DNA from: a virus
DNA: 40,176 nt
Virus record (IMG/VR): IMGVR_UViG_3300028189_000548
Location: 1-40,176 of that record
Direction: 5' to 3' (one strand)
The position numbers and the translations under genes were made by a program. A model generated the notes under the pieces. The model was not told the origin of the DNA, made no database searches, and was given only the letters and a program-made list of their open reading frames with translations. Every line of letters starts with the position of its first letter. Within the stretch, counting starts at the first letter, position 1. Of this stretch, positions 25,006 to 34,509 are shown piece after piece.

Positions 25006-25215
25006 TTATTCTGCCGTAACATTTTTTGCTACTTCACCTTTTTGTCCTTCACCGATTTCAAACTTGACTTTCTGACCCTCTTCTAAGGTTCTAAACCCAT
25101 CAGTTTTAATTTCGGAAAAATGGACAAAATAATCTTTGGTGTCGCTTGATGTTGTGTCGGATATGAAACCATATCCTTTTTTAGCATCAAACCATTTTAC
25201 TGTACCGTCATTCAT
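25006..25215 (-). CDS. cspA: Cold-shock domain protein
   Basis: [15 protein letters not shown] (RNP1), FVHFSEI (RNP2). Confidence 0.95.
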   Translation of the reverse strand: MNDGTVKWFDAKKGYGFISDTTSSDTKDYFVHFSEIKTDGFRTLEEGQKVKFEIGEGQKGEVAKNVTAE

Positions 25216-25285
25216 TTTGTATTTCCTGTTTGTTATTAAAAATTTACTTACAACTATATATATACCCTAAATTTACCAAAAACAA

Positions 25286-26149
25286 TTATTTTTTATTATG
25301 AATTAAATCTAATGCCAATGAATGTGAAAATCTACCAGCTTTTGGACCACCGTTTACCTTTCCATCACTTTCACCTGGAACCTTTACCCATAAAAATGCA
25401 TCAACTAATTCATCTCCGGTGTTAGTAGTTGGAAAATTTCCTATTGAACGTCCGTATGGATTAAAGTGATCTCGTATTGCACCGTTTCCGTTTCGTGAAG
25501 TGTCTATAATGAAATGTTTACCCTTTAATCCCTTACTTATAGACTTTCCATATTTAAAACAGGTGGGAGTTGCATAATAATTACTTACATTTATACTAAA
25601 TCCAGTTATTTTATGAATATCACACATTCTTAAATATGATATTGATTTTGAGACTGAAAGCCAACCTGGATTTCCTATGTCTAAATATATTATTGCATTT
25701 GTTTTACTCAATAACTCCACTGACTTTTTAATTAATCGCAATCTTTGTAATCCATCATATAATCCCATATCTTCCATGTGTGGAATACAGTCTGGTTCGT
25801 ATATTACTATTGGTTCTCTATCTCCAAGTGCATCACAAAATTCACTTATGAACTTTAAGTATTCTTTATCACTATCTGCACCACCTTTTGAATGATGTCC
25901 TAAATCTCTGTTTGGTATTGAGTATATTACTAATACTGGTAGATATGGGTCTGCTCGTTTTAACAGTCTTTGTATCGAATTTTTCGTTTTTCGTATTGTT
26001 CGTTTTGGACCCACTCCGAACCAAAATGCTGTTGGTTCTCGTGTTATTTCTTTGATTTGTGGATATTTTATACAGACTTGTTTTCTGTTATTCCACTCTG
26101 GATAGTAAAACCTATAATTCACTTTTATTCGTTCCAGTCGTTCTCCCAC
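25286..26149 (-). CDS. Glycoside hydrolase family 6 (endoglucanase-like) catalytic domain
   Basis: IYSIPNRD, YEPD (catalytic acid), NVSNY, IDTSRNGNG, DAFLWVKVPGESDG. Confidence 0.88.
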   Translation of the reverse strand: MGERLERIKVNYRFYYPEWNNRKQVCIKYPQIKEITREPTAFWFGVGPKRTIRKTKNSIQRLLKRADPYLPVLVIYSIPNRDLGHHSKGGADSDKEYLKFISEFCDALGDREPIVIYEPDCIPHMEDMGLYDGLQRLRLIKKSVELLSKTNAIIYLDIGNPGWLSVSKSISYLRMCDIHKITGFSINVSNYYATPTCFKYGKSISKGLKGKHFIIDTSRNGNGAIRDHFNPYGRSIGNFPTTNTGDELVDAFLWVKVPGESDGKVNGGPKAGRFSHSLALDLIHNKK

Positions 26150-26547
26150 GTTTCTACATCTATGATTTTATGTATTTTAGTGTGAATGATGTTTAGTCCT
26201 TCATTATTTACTAACAATAACTGATTTTGATATTCCGACCAATCTACTGTAAATCTTTTGTCTAATACTCCGTTGTTTTTTGATCGTATAACTTCATTTA
26301 AACTATTGATTGTGTATAACGTATTAGTTTGTTTTTTTCTGTGTAATGATATTGTATCTGTTCCTTCTATAAAATTATCTTTATTTTCTTCTATATTGTA
26401 TGTGCAAATTAATGAAGTGTGATCACTTTCATTAGTGAATACATAAATTTTATTGAACACTATATCGTGACATTCTATGATTAGACTTACAGTGTTAGTA
26501 AGTTTGTCGTGTTTAGTGAATGTGCAGAGTAGTTGAGTCCGTTTCAT
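26125..26547 (-). CDS. Hypothetical protein
   Basis: 140-aa ORF overlapping its neighbours in operon fashion; no motif recognised. Confidence 0.7.
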   Translation of the reverse strand: MKRTQLLCTFTKHDKLTNTVSLIIECHDIVFNKIYVFTNESDHTSLICTYNIEENKDNFIEGTDTISLHRKKQTNTLYTINSLNEVIRSKNNGVLDKRFTVDWSEYQNQLLLVNNEGLNIIHTKIHKIIDVETWENDWNE

Positions 26548-26549
26548 TA

Positions 26550-28112
26550 TTAACCAACACGTTCTTTGTGATTAAAAATAAAGACCCCACTATTTCCATA
26601 GGATTGTTCAATCTTAGTTTCAATTTGTACTGATTTAGATTTATCTGAATTTCCAGCTGTAATACGTAATGACTTCTTACTTCCATCTATTATAATTGGT
26701 GCCGGTATATTTTCGTCACTGCAATAATGATTTTCATCTCGTAATTCCACATTGGATGTTTTCTTATTTCCTATGACATGAATTAATTCAATAGGATTAC
26801 CATTTTCATCAACTGAATTACACCCGTGAATTTCTTTCCAAAGGTCTTTTAATTCATCTTGGGTCATGTTTTTTAATTTATTAAATAACACATCATGAAC
26901 TTTTTGTTTATATTCTTCTTTTTGATCTGGATCTGAAAAATCCCATCCCTTTCCATCATTATCGTTTATTTCTTCAAATTCATTCTGAAGTTTTTCATCA
27001 TTAAATATTAGTTTCCCCACTGCGCCTATACCAGAATTTTTGATATTTATAGACGATGGGTTATTTCCAGCCTTCATTGAAATTCGTATTAAAGTTCCAT
27101 CTTCAAGTTCTACCACTAAATCTGTCGGGTCTTTTTTTGCATTGCCGGACGCTGATAAAGATGTTCCCACTACCCTTACACTTTTAACTTTTTTACCTTT
27201 AAATCTATCATCTAAATATTTTTTAATTTTAATAGCACTATTACGGTTTATCTGTTCCATTGTTGACATTTTCCCACCGGCATTCTGGAATTTTTTACTT
27301 ACATCGGAAAATTCGGTATCTTCTGGGTCTGATTCTAAATCATATATATTTCTAAGAGCAACAGCCGTCCCTGCTTCATGTACTCTTCCGGTGTAGGCTG
27401 CAACTCGTCTGGATGATGAATATGTATCAAGTTTTGGAAAAGTGTCATCTAACTCTGTATTATTATACATAAAATCCCACATATGTCTTGCATCAGTATA
27501 CTCTGCAAATTGTTTTCTAATCCCTGGAGTTAATTTATCAGCATTAAAATAAATTTTCCTACCTTTTTGATCAGGATTGTCTGTGTTTGTTGTTATATAA
27601 TCAGAATCAATTAATGCTTTACAAATTTTTACTTTTTCTTCATCTGTAGTTTTCTCATCAAAAAACTTTCTAACCATTAATACAGCATCTCTACTTCTTT
27701 CTTGTCTGTGCTTATTTTCTGGTAGATTATCAGTCTCTATTTCAATATTTGCATCATCTAATCTATCATTAATTGTTTTTCTTTTGGATTTTGATTTATT
27801 TTTATCTACTTGATCTTGAGTTGCGTAAGTTGGAAGTGTATCTGATTTCTTTGTCAAAGGACCAATTTTATCCCCGTCTGTGAACCAAAATCTTGGTGTA
27901 CCGGCTGCAGTTGGTGGGGCAGATATTGGACCCCCACTATCTCTTTTTTCTCTCAAATTACCAATAAACTCATTCGTGGCATTCTCATTCCAACCGAACA
28001 ATAATAGTGATTCCCGTAATAAAGCAAGGTGTCGGGGGTTCGTGAAGTTTGGTGAACCATCTCCACATTTATATGCAAAATCTTTTATTATTTTATCCCA
28101 ATTTTGATTCAT
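26550..28112 (-). CDS. Hypothetical protein with possible PD-(D/E)xK nuclease domain
   Basis: G-R-V-H-E...D-P-T-D-L-V-V...R-I-S-M-K pattern resembles the restriction-endonuclease-like fold. Confidence 0.5.
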   Translation of the reverse strand: MNQNWDKIIKDFAYKCGDGSPNFTNPRHLALLRESLLLFGWNENATNEFIGNLREKRDSGGPISAPPTAAGTPRFWFTDGDKIGPLTKKSDTLPTYATQDQVDKNKSKSKRKTINDRLDDANIEIETDNLPENKHRQERSRDAVLMVRKFFDEKTTDEEKVKICKALIDSDYITTNTDNPDQKGRKIYFNADKLTPGIRKQFAEYTDARHMWDFMYNNTELDDTFPKLDTYSSSRRVAAYTGRVHEAGTAVALRNIYDLESDPEDTEFSDVSKKFQNAGGKMSTMEQINRNSAIKIKKYLDDRFKGKKVKSVRVVGTSLSASGNAKKDPTDLVVELEDGTLIRISMKAGNNPSSINIKNSGIGAVGKLIFNDEKLQNEFEEINDNDGKGWDFSDPDQKEEYKQKVHDVLFNKLKNMTQDELKDLWKEIHGCNSVDENGNPIELIHVIGNKKTSNVELRDENHYCSDENIPAPIIIDGSKKSLRITAGNSDKSKSVQIETKIEQSYGNSGVFIFNHKERVG

Positions 28113-29377
28113 AACTTCTCCGTTATATCTTCCATTTCATTATAGTTTAATCCTTTACTTACTGATGTAGGGAATGTTCCATTACTCTCAATAATCTTTT
28201 TTACTTCTCTCAAAAATTCTACTCCATCATTTAAATTATAATCTATAAGAAATGAATCGTATGAATATAATATTAATTTACTTTTATACTCCCTGATGAA
28301 TGGAATCAACTTACTTAACATATCAACATTTGCCTCGGTTTCCAAATTCTGCAAAAAATAGTTAAACAATTTATTCCGATTCATATCAGATAAATTTTTT
28401 CTATATATCTTCTTACTATAAATATAAGATTTTATAAATTCTTTGTTTTTATACTCTTTCCACATTTCGTTTATAAAATCTGAAACTAATTTAAAAAATG
28501 GATTTGATTCTATAACCTCTATTGGGGTGTGTCCATATAAGCATTGAAAAGTTAAAATTTTACTCTCTTCTCTATCAACTCCATAATATTTTCCTAAATG
28601 TTCATATACATCTCCACTAAATTTATATCCAAGCATATCTGCAATAAGTGATGGATGGTAGGCTGAATAATCATATTCTACTAATATACCATTTTGGAAT
28701 CTACTGGTGAATGGTTCTCTTGAGCCATCTGACTTGTTTAGTGCTGCAAAGTTAATTCCGCCAAATCTATTGGATGGCCTACCAGTTGAAGTATATGGAT
28801 TATACTCACTATAAATGATTTCGTTATTTCGGTTGAGGCCGGAAGATTCAATATATGTCAGATTATCTATTAAGTCATCATTATAATTTTTGTTTATTAA
28901 ATTACCCTTATATGACTCCAACTTGCTTACTAACTCACGACAGTACTCCAAATGGTGGAGAATGGGGATGATCCTGTTGATGTTTTTATGTTTATAGTAT
29001 TTTCTATGGAAATAGTCGTGAGAAGGCGTAGTAATTTCAGTAATATCTAATGGGATATTATTACTCATATAATAGTTCATATTTAAGTCTATCACATTTT
29101 TTAAAGGTAAAATGTGGTTCAACTCTTTCTTATTATATGTGTATTTTACTGTGTCTGTATTTAATTGAGTGAGTAGGTATTTATCAAGGTTGATGGCCTC
29201 GCTATGATTGAATGGAAGAATGTAATCTTCATCTTCAATTTTAATGTATAGAAGGCAAAGAGAATTATCAAGTGGATGTTTATTTACATCATCTAATACT
29301 GGTATTATTATACAACTTGATTTCTCATATTTTTCTATAAACTTACTAAACTCATTTTGAGTTTCTACTATAACCAT
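28109..29377 (-). CDS. Compact family A DNA polymerase-like protein
   Basis: TGRPS, motif A EYDYSAY, motif B R-x3-K-x3-F-x2-LYG, motif C YDS (for HDE). Confidence 0.78.
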   Translation of the reverse strand: MVIVETQNEFSKFIEKYEKSSCIIIPVLDDVNKHPLDNSLCLLYIKIEDEDYILPFNHSEAINLDKYLLTQLNTDTVKYTYNKKELNHILPLKNVIDLNMNYYMSNNIPLDITEITTPSHDYFHRKYYKHKNINRIIPILHHLEYCRELVSKLESYKGNLINKNYNDDLIDNLTYIESSGLNRNNEIIYSEYNPYTSTGRPSNRFGGINFAALNKSDGSREPFTSRFQNGILVEYDYSAYHPSLIADMLGYKFSGDVYEHLGKYYGVDREESKILTFQCLYGHTPIEVIESNPFFKLVSDFINEMWKEYKNKEFIKSYIYSKKIYRKNLSDMNRNKLFNYFLQNLETEANVDMLSKLIPFIREYKSKLILYSYDSFLIDYNLNDGVEFLREVKKIIESNGTFPTSVSKGLNYNEMEDITEKL

Positions 29378-29570
29378 TTTTTCTTATTCTACGTCTAACT
29401 ATTCTATGTCTCCAATAACCAAGTGTCCATCCTATAAATAGTAATATTGCGATAGAAAATCCAATTAAATTAAATTGATCCGATTCTAATACTTTCCACA
29501 TGAATAAAGCTGCTGTGGCAAATTGAATATAAAATTGTGCCATATCCAATTGTCGTAATTTATGTTTCAT
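29352..29570 (-). CDS. Small membrane protein (two hydrophobic segments)
   Basis: Two hydrophobic stretches and a basic C-terminal tail. Confidence 0.6.
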   Translation of the reverse strand: MKHKLRQLDMAQFYIQFATAALFMWKVLESDQFNLIGFSIAILLFIGWTLGYWRHRIVRRRIRKNGYSRNSK

Positions 29571-29898
29571 TCTCTTCCCTTATTTTTGTTCCACTTATTT
29601 GTTTAATATCTTCTGGTGGTATGTGTTCTATAACATCATACCCTACACCACGACCATAATTTATACTCTCTATATCTGGAACAATCAATAGTTTGATTTT
29701 ACCATCTATAATTTCATCTTCAAATTCTGTAGTTAAATTGTATAATATTTCTTCTGCTGTAAGTGGGTTGTTCTCATCCAACTCACAATCTCGTATCATT
29801 ATCAATACATTTTTATCTTTATCTAATGCTTGATTCCATAACCATCTATGACCATCATGTATTGTTTGCCATCTTCCTATAAACATTGAGTATTTCAT
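29560..29898 (-). CDS. Small HxGH-type nucleotidyltransferase (cytidyltransferase/ATP-sulfurylase-like)
   Basis: FIGRWQTIHDGH, GRGVG, ISGTKIR. Confidence 0.75.
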   Translation of the reverse strand: MKYSMFIGRWQTIHDGHRWLWNQALDKDKNVLIMIRDCELDENNPLTAEEILYNLTTEFEDEIIDGKIKLLIVPDIESINYGRGVGYDVIEHIPPEDIKQISGTKIREENET

Positions 29899-30304
29899 TT
29901 ATACATTCCTCTACTGTTAATTTTCCTGTATCTAAATCTAAATAATTTTCATTTGGTTCAATATAATGATCAACGAAATAATTTTCCCTACCTCGTATTT
30001 CGTCTGTGTGTAAATACACTTCTAATACAGTAGTTTTAGATTTAAATTCTTCTCTCTGAACTTTGTATGGGGATACCAATGATACTACTGGAGTAAAACC
30101 TTTACTCTCCATAAATAGTGCCAAATTCTGTGCAAGTTTTATATTAGAAACTCTACCTAAATAACTATAATCTTTATTATCCATTAAATCACGTAAATCA
30201 TCTCCATCAATATGGATTAATTTTTGGTGATCTAATATTGAAATAAATTCTTTTGCTAACGTAGTCTTACCTGATCCGGGTTGACCCGTGAACCATATTA
30301 TCAT
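29855..30304 (-). CDS. cysC: Adenylylsulfate (APS) kinase
   Basis: IWFTGQPGSGKTTLA, IDGDDLR, VSLVSPY, EVYL. Confidence 0.85.
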   Translation of the reverse strand: MIIWFTGQPGSGKTTLAKEFISILDHQKLIHIDGDDLRDLMDNKDYSYLGRVSNIKLAQNLALFMESKGFTPVVSLVSPYKVQREEFKSKTTVLEVYLHTDEIRGRENYFVDHYIEPNENYLDLDTGKLTVEECINEILNVYRKMANNT

Positions 30305-30341
30305 ATTCTATAACCCTTATTTAACTATATATATCAAATAA

Positions 30342-30929
30342 TTATTTCAAATTACTTAATTTCTTTTGCAATTCTTCTTCTGGTGTTGATTTTTCACCTT
30401 CATAAAATTCTAATGGATCTATATAATTTATAATGCCACGTAGAGTTTTATCCGCTTCTTCTAATGCTTTATTATTCTTTAATAATATGTTTTCTTTTGA
30501 TCCTTGTAATTGCCATTGAACTGAAACTTTTTTGTAAAAATCGGCTTGTAGACCAAAACTTGCTTTGGATATTTCAAATATTTTATCATCGGGGTCTAAT
30601 TTGTATTGAGCGAAATATCTGGTTATTGATTGTTTCTTTTTCATTACTTTGGTTAGTGTTATTTGGTGTGGGTTTAGGTAGTATTCTCTGGTTAGTGATC
30701 CTTTTGCATTTTTGTATTTACTAAATAAAGTTGGATTTTTAATCCTAACAATTTGATTATTTCTGTAATCGAAATAGAATTCTTTTTTGTCCGAAGTATA
30801 CACAATTTTATATTTTGTATTTTCTCTAACCGGTATTATATCATTATCAGAAAAACTTTTACCATGATAAAATTCAAATTTTTTTGTTGCCCCATCTCCC
30901 CAAACTATTCGTTCATATTTACTTTTCAT
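30342..30929 (-). CDS. Hypothetical protein
   Basis: 195-aa ORF downstream of the baseplate genes; no motif recognised. Confidence 0.65.
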   Translation of the reverse strand: MKSKYERIVWGDGATKKFEFYHGKSFSDNDIIPVRENTKYKIVYTSDKKEFYFDYRNNQIVRIKNPTLFSKYKNAKGSLTREYYLNPHQITLTKVMKKKQSITRYFAQYKLDPDDKIFEISKASFGLQADFYKKVSVQWQLQGSKENILLKNNKALEEADKTLRGIINYIDPLEFYEGEKSTPEEELQKKLSNLK

Positions 30930-30941
30930 ACTATTTTCCTA

Positions 30942-33900
30942 TTATGGATATGACCAACCGACCTGTACGGTTGCCGGTTTGCCATCCCAATTTGGATATT
31001 TTGATTTCAACGCAGATATAATAGTTCCTTGAGGAATTCCAAGTCCTTTTGCCATAGATGAAATAGTATAATAATTTCCCTGTCCTGATCCAAATCCAGT
31101 AGATAATGATGTTCTTATTGTAGGAGTCAATACACTTAATTCTTCCATAGATTTTGCCTTGTAAGTTTTACCACCAAATTGGAAATATTGTCCAACGGCA
31201 TCTTCTCCGGCCTGTTCTATAAAAAATTTATTTGCGTCCAGTACAGTATCACCATTTTCTGGAGTAAATTGTTCCCCTGTATATTTACCCAAATCATCTA
31301 TACTACCATCTGCTATAATTTCTGCTGTCCATTCACTTTGAGACTCCTTAATAACTTCCTTCATTTCACCTACAGTCAATTCAGAAAATCCTGCACTATC
31401 TTTTATTACCATACCATTTGCTAGCAATTCAGATATTCTTTCTTGGGTAAATGGTTCACCAGTTTGTGGATCAATACCCTTTGGATCAAGAACCACATTC
31501 TTCGGAATTAACCTATCATCTAATATAGAATCCACAGCCTTTACTCTAATCTGACCTTTAATAGAAGTAGTCCAACCACTACTATCTATTTTATGTCCTA
31601 CACCAACCATCTGGAACACTGCTTCTTCTTTATATCTCTGTGCTAAATATGAACTGTGAAATGAATTTCCTGGAAACATACCACCTGTTCCATCTATTTC
31701 TAATTCAAATTCTATTGGAATAAGCGGTTGTATGTTTTTACCTATGCCATCCTCATCTCCACGCAATAATGATTGTAATATTGTTAAAACTTCTGGTTTC
31801 ATTATTATATATCGAGGGAACGGTCCTTCATTTTCAATGTTATATATCTCACCATAACTATCCAATACACCAGATGCTAAATAACTTAATGATTTTGAAC
31901 GCGTCCTTTTATATGCAACAACATCGTCAAATTTTTCAACCTCATCATTATCACTTTCATATAATTCTTGAAATTCTTTAATTGCTCTACCAGTCACAGT
32001 TTGACGAATTTTATCATGAACTCGAATTCCATCATCACTATTTATTGTAATCGGTTTGGTTATATCTCCATCTATTCTCCCAAATTTTCTATTTTTCTTT
32101 CCTGGCATTTCCGATTTGCCAGTTAATAAATCTGCAAACCTCTTTTGAATTTTTTCTGCCTCCGACATATTTTTTTCATCTGTAGTTATAGATTTCATCA
32201 TACGCCCCCACGCCTTTGCTGCAATTATATCATAGCTATCTATTTTATTATCTGTTTCATTCTCGTCTGGATTACTACCATACATTGCTGCAATTTTCAT
32301 TCTATCTGGAAGTTTTGCATTTATAGTTTGAGATTTTACTATTGAATCATCTTGCCATACCGGAAATTCGTAAGGTTTTAATTCATCTACTTCATCAACA
32401 TTACTAATAGTATATCCTTCCTCTTTAACAACTAATCTACTATTAGTATCATCATAATCCAATTTAAACTTATAAACTCCACCATATTCTGAAGAAAAGT
32501 CATCCCATATTGTTTGTATTACTTGTTGAATATCTGATTTATCCTTTAATTTTTCTGCTAACCACGCTACATTAAAATATATTTTTCTAATTTCTACTCC
32601 ACCGTCTCCAATATAAGTTTTATTCTCTTCAAATTTCATATCTTCTTTTGATTTTCGTTCTTCTTTAAACCCAAACTCTTTAATAATTTTGGAAAATACT
32701 GTATCATTTATTTTTGGTATAAGCCATTTTTTACTATTCACTGTCATTAAATAATTGCTATCTGTAAATTTTGAATAGACATACTCTATGTTACCTTCGT
32801 TATTATATGTTGATTCAATACTCCTGATTGCAGAAATAACTTTGTCATCAGAAGTTTCTCCAAAAAATCTACTCAATATATTATCTTCAAACCAGCCCCA
32901 TGTAACATAATATGTAGGATGTTTTCCAACAGTTTCCTTAGAAGCTTCTACATAGTCAATTACATATGGACCATTTTCATCATCGATAAAGTTGCCCAAC
33001 CAATCTTTTTTCTTGCGAGTATATATTTTTTTACTCGAACTCTTTTTTAATGAAAATTTATATGTAGAAATAATCTGATTCTTTAATTTATCATCTGAAA
33101 TTTTATTAGTATTATCGTCCAATTTGTAAATCTTCTTGGTTTGACCAGTTTTTTGCGATACGACTTCAGTTTTTACGATTTTCCTGATTTTTGGAATAAT
33201 CATCTCGTTTATTTGATTCCAAAAATTACTCATATAATCACTAAATGTGATATATTTATATAATTCCTTCAAATCTCCAGGTATAGTATAGTGACTATAA
33301 TCCCCCTTAACAACTAAAGTTGCGATTGCCGACTTTTGTATGGACTTAAAATCATCCTGTTTATTCTGTAACAATGTTACTCCTGGAGAAATTATAGTTG
33401 TATTGCAATCAAATCCCCCATTTTCATTTACAGACCAATCAAAATTTTGAACCAATCCTAACATTGCATCATAATGTCCGTTCTGTGATTGAATGTGAGT
33501 TAAAAGTTTTTCAGTTAATTTATCTAATTTATCGGCATCAAAATTTAATGTTCCATCATTAAGTAAAGGATAAACTTGAGTATCTTTTAAATCTCCAATT
33601 CCTGACCAACCCCATTCAAGCAAAACTGTTTTTCCATGATGTAAAAAATGTGGAGTTAATCTATCCAGTTGTTCCCAATCCCAACACGTCCAATTTATTT
33701 CTCCAGTTCTGGTTGCACCTAATTTCATACCACCACCTTTATATTCGATTGATATATCCTTTACTCCTGCAATTGGTCTGTATGGAATATTTCCTGATTT
33801 GCGATATAAATCTTTGAACCCACTTAAAGTTTTTCTCGTTGATATTTCAGTAGATATTTCAGTAGATATTCCATCCTTTTCATTATTTACTGTTCCCATT

Positions 33901-34202
33901 ATGTTTTGAATTTTTTCAGATAGGCCAACCTCTCCTCCCATTATAACTACAGCCGTATTATTAGTTCCTTGCATTGGAGTAAATGAAGTCATTCGTAGCC
34001 ATGGTGTTCTTGCAAACATATAATTTTGACTTATGGAAGGTTTACCTTCCGTTGAAAGTGGCATATTAAATGCATAATTACCATCTATCCAATCATCTGT
34101 CTTTTTATCATAAACCTGACCACCCGTTCCCTTCTTTAACATAGCTATTTTTTGTCTAAGAGTTCGTTGTATATTCTTACTAATTGGTGCTAATGTAATC
34201 AT
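30942..34202 (-). CDS. Large virion protein, probable baseplate hub/tail-associated, with LysM-like C-terminus
   Basis: 1086 aa after the LysM/gp53-like gene; LLEWGW, G-x-V-x-N-F-x-W, and late-control-D-like G-x-x-G-M-F-P-G...F-Q-x-V-G-V-x-H...W-T-T region. Confidence 0.6.
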   Translation of the reverse strand: MITLAPISKNIQRTLRQKIAMLKKGTGGQVYDKKTDDWIDGNYAFNMPLSTEGKPSISQNYMFARTPWLRMTSFTPMQGTNNTAVVIMGGEVGLSEKIQNIMGTVNNEKDGISTEISTEISTRKTLSGFKDLYRKSGNIPYRPIAGVKDISIEYKGGGMKLGATRTGEINWTCWDWEQLDRLTPHFLHHGKTVLLEWGWSGIGDLKDTQVYPLLNDGTLNFDADKLDKLTEKLLTHIQSQNGHYDAMLGLVQNFDWSVNENGGFDCNTTIISPGVTLLQNKQDDFKSIQKSAIATLVVKGDYSHYTIPGDLKELYKYITFSDYMSNFWNQINEMIIPKIRKIVKTEVVSQKTGQTKKIYKLDDNTNKISDDKLKNQIISTYKFSLKKSSSKKIYTRKKKDWLGNFIDDENGPYVIDYVEASKETVGKHPTYYVTWGWFEDNILSRFFGETSDDKVISAIRSIESTYNNEGNIEYVYSKFTDSNYLMTVNSKKWLIPKINDTVFSKIIKEFGFKEERKSKEDMKFEENKTYIGDGGVEIRKIYFNVAWLAEKLKDKSDIQQVIQTIWDDFSSEYGGVYKFKLDYDDTNSRLVVKEEGYTISNVDEVDELKPYEFPVWQDDSIVKSQTINAKLPDRMKIAAMYGSNPDENETDNKIDSYDIIAAKAWGRMMKSITTDEKNMSEAEKIQKRFADLLTGKSEMPGKKNRKFGRIDGDITKPITINSDDGIRVHDKIRQTVTGRAIKEFQELYESDNDEVEKFDDVVAYKRTRSKSLSYLASGVLDSYGEIYNIENEGPFPRYIIMKPEVLTILQSLLRGDEDGIGKNIQPLIPIEFELEIDGTGGMFPGNSFHSSYLAQRYKEEAVFQMVGVGHKIDSSGWTTSIKGQIRVKAVDSILDDRLIPKNVVLDPKGIDPQTGEPFTQERISELLANGMVIKDSAGFSELTVGEMKEVIKESQSEWTAEIIADGSIDDLGKYTGEQFTPENGDTVLDANKFFIEQAGEDAVGQYFQFGGKTYKAKSMEELSVLTPTIRTSLSTGFGSGQGNYYTISSMAKGLGIPQGTIISALKSKYPNWDGKPATVQVGWSYP
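33841..33870. repeat. 12-bp in-frame tandem repeat (ISTE x2.5)
   Basis: GATATTTCAGTA twice plus GATATT. Confidence 0.8.
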
Positions 34203-34205
34203 AAT

Positions 34206-34505
34206 CTAAAACGCCATATCTTTTAATTTATTTAAAATTGGATCAATATCTATTGGTATTCTAATTTGATTATCTACATCAAATCCTATTTCTGCCCTAT
34301 CTAACCCATTTGCTTTTGCAATAATCCACCATAACGATGTATCTTTATAATATTTATATGCAAGAGTATCTAATCTGTCTCCAAACTTTGGATAGATAAA
34401 TATATCACTATCTTTAATTGGAATAACTGGATAAATAGTAGGTTTAAATACTCTCTTACCATCTTTATTTATTTTTATTTTTGTATTATTATATCTACTT
34501 GGCAT
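34206..34505 (-). CDS. LysM-like / baseplate wedge gp53-like protein
   Basis: GDRLDTLAYKYYKDTSLWWIIAKAN...QIRIP. Confidence 0.8.
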   Translation of the reverse strand: MPSRYNNTKIKINKDGKRVFKPTIYPVIPIKDSDIFIYPKFGDRLDTLAYKYYKDTSLWWIIAKANGLDRAEIGFDVDNQIRIPIDIDPILNKLKDMAF

Positions 34506-34509
34506 CTGA

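Noticed and set aside
29855-29898. cysC and the nucleotidyltransferase as one frameshifted gene
   Set aside because: Both look complete, each with its own start and terminal motifs; the overlap is ordinary gene packing.
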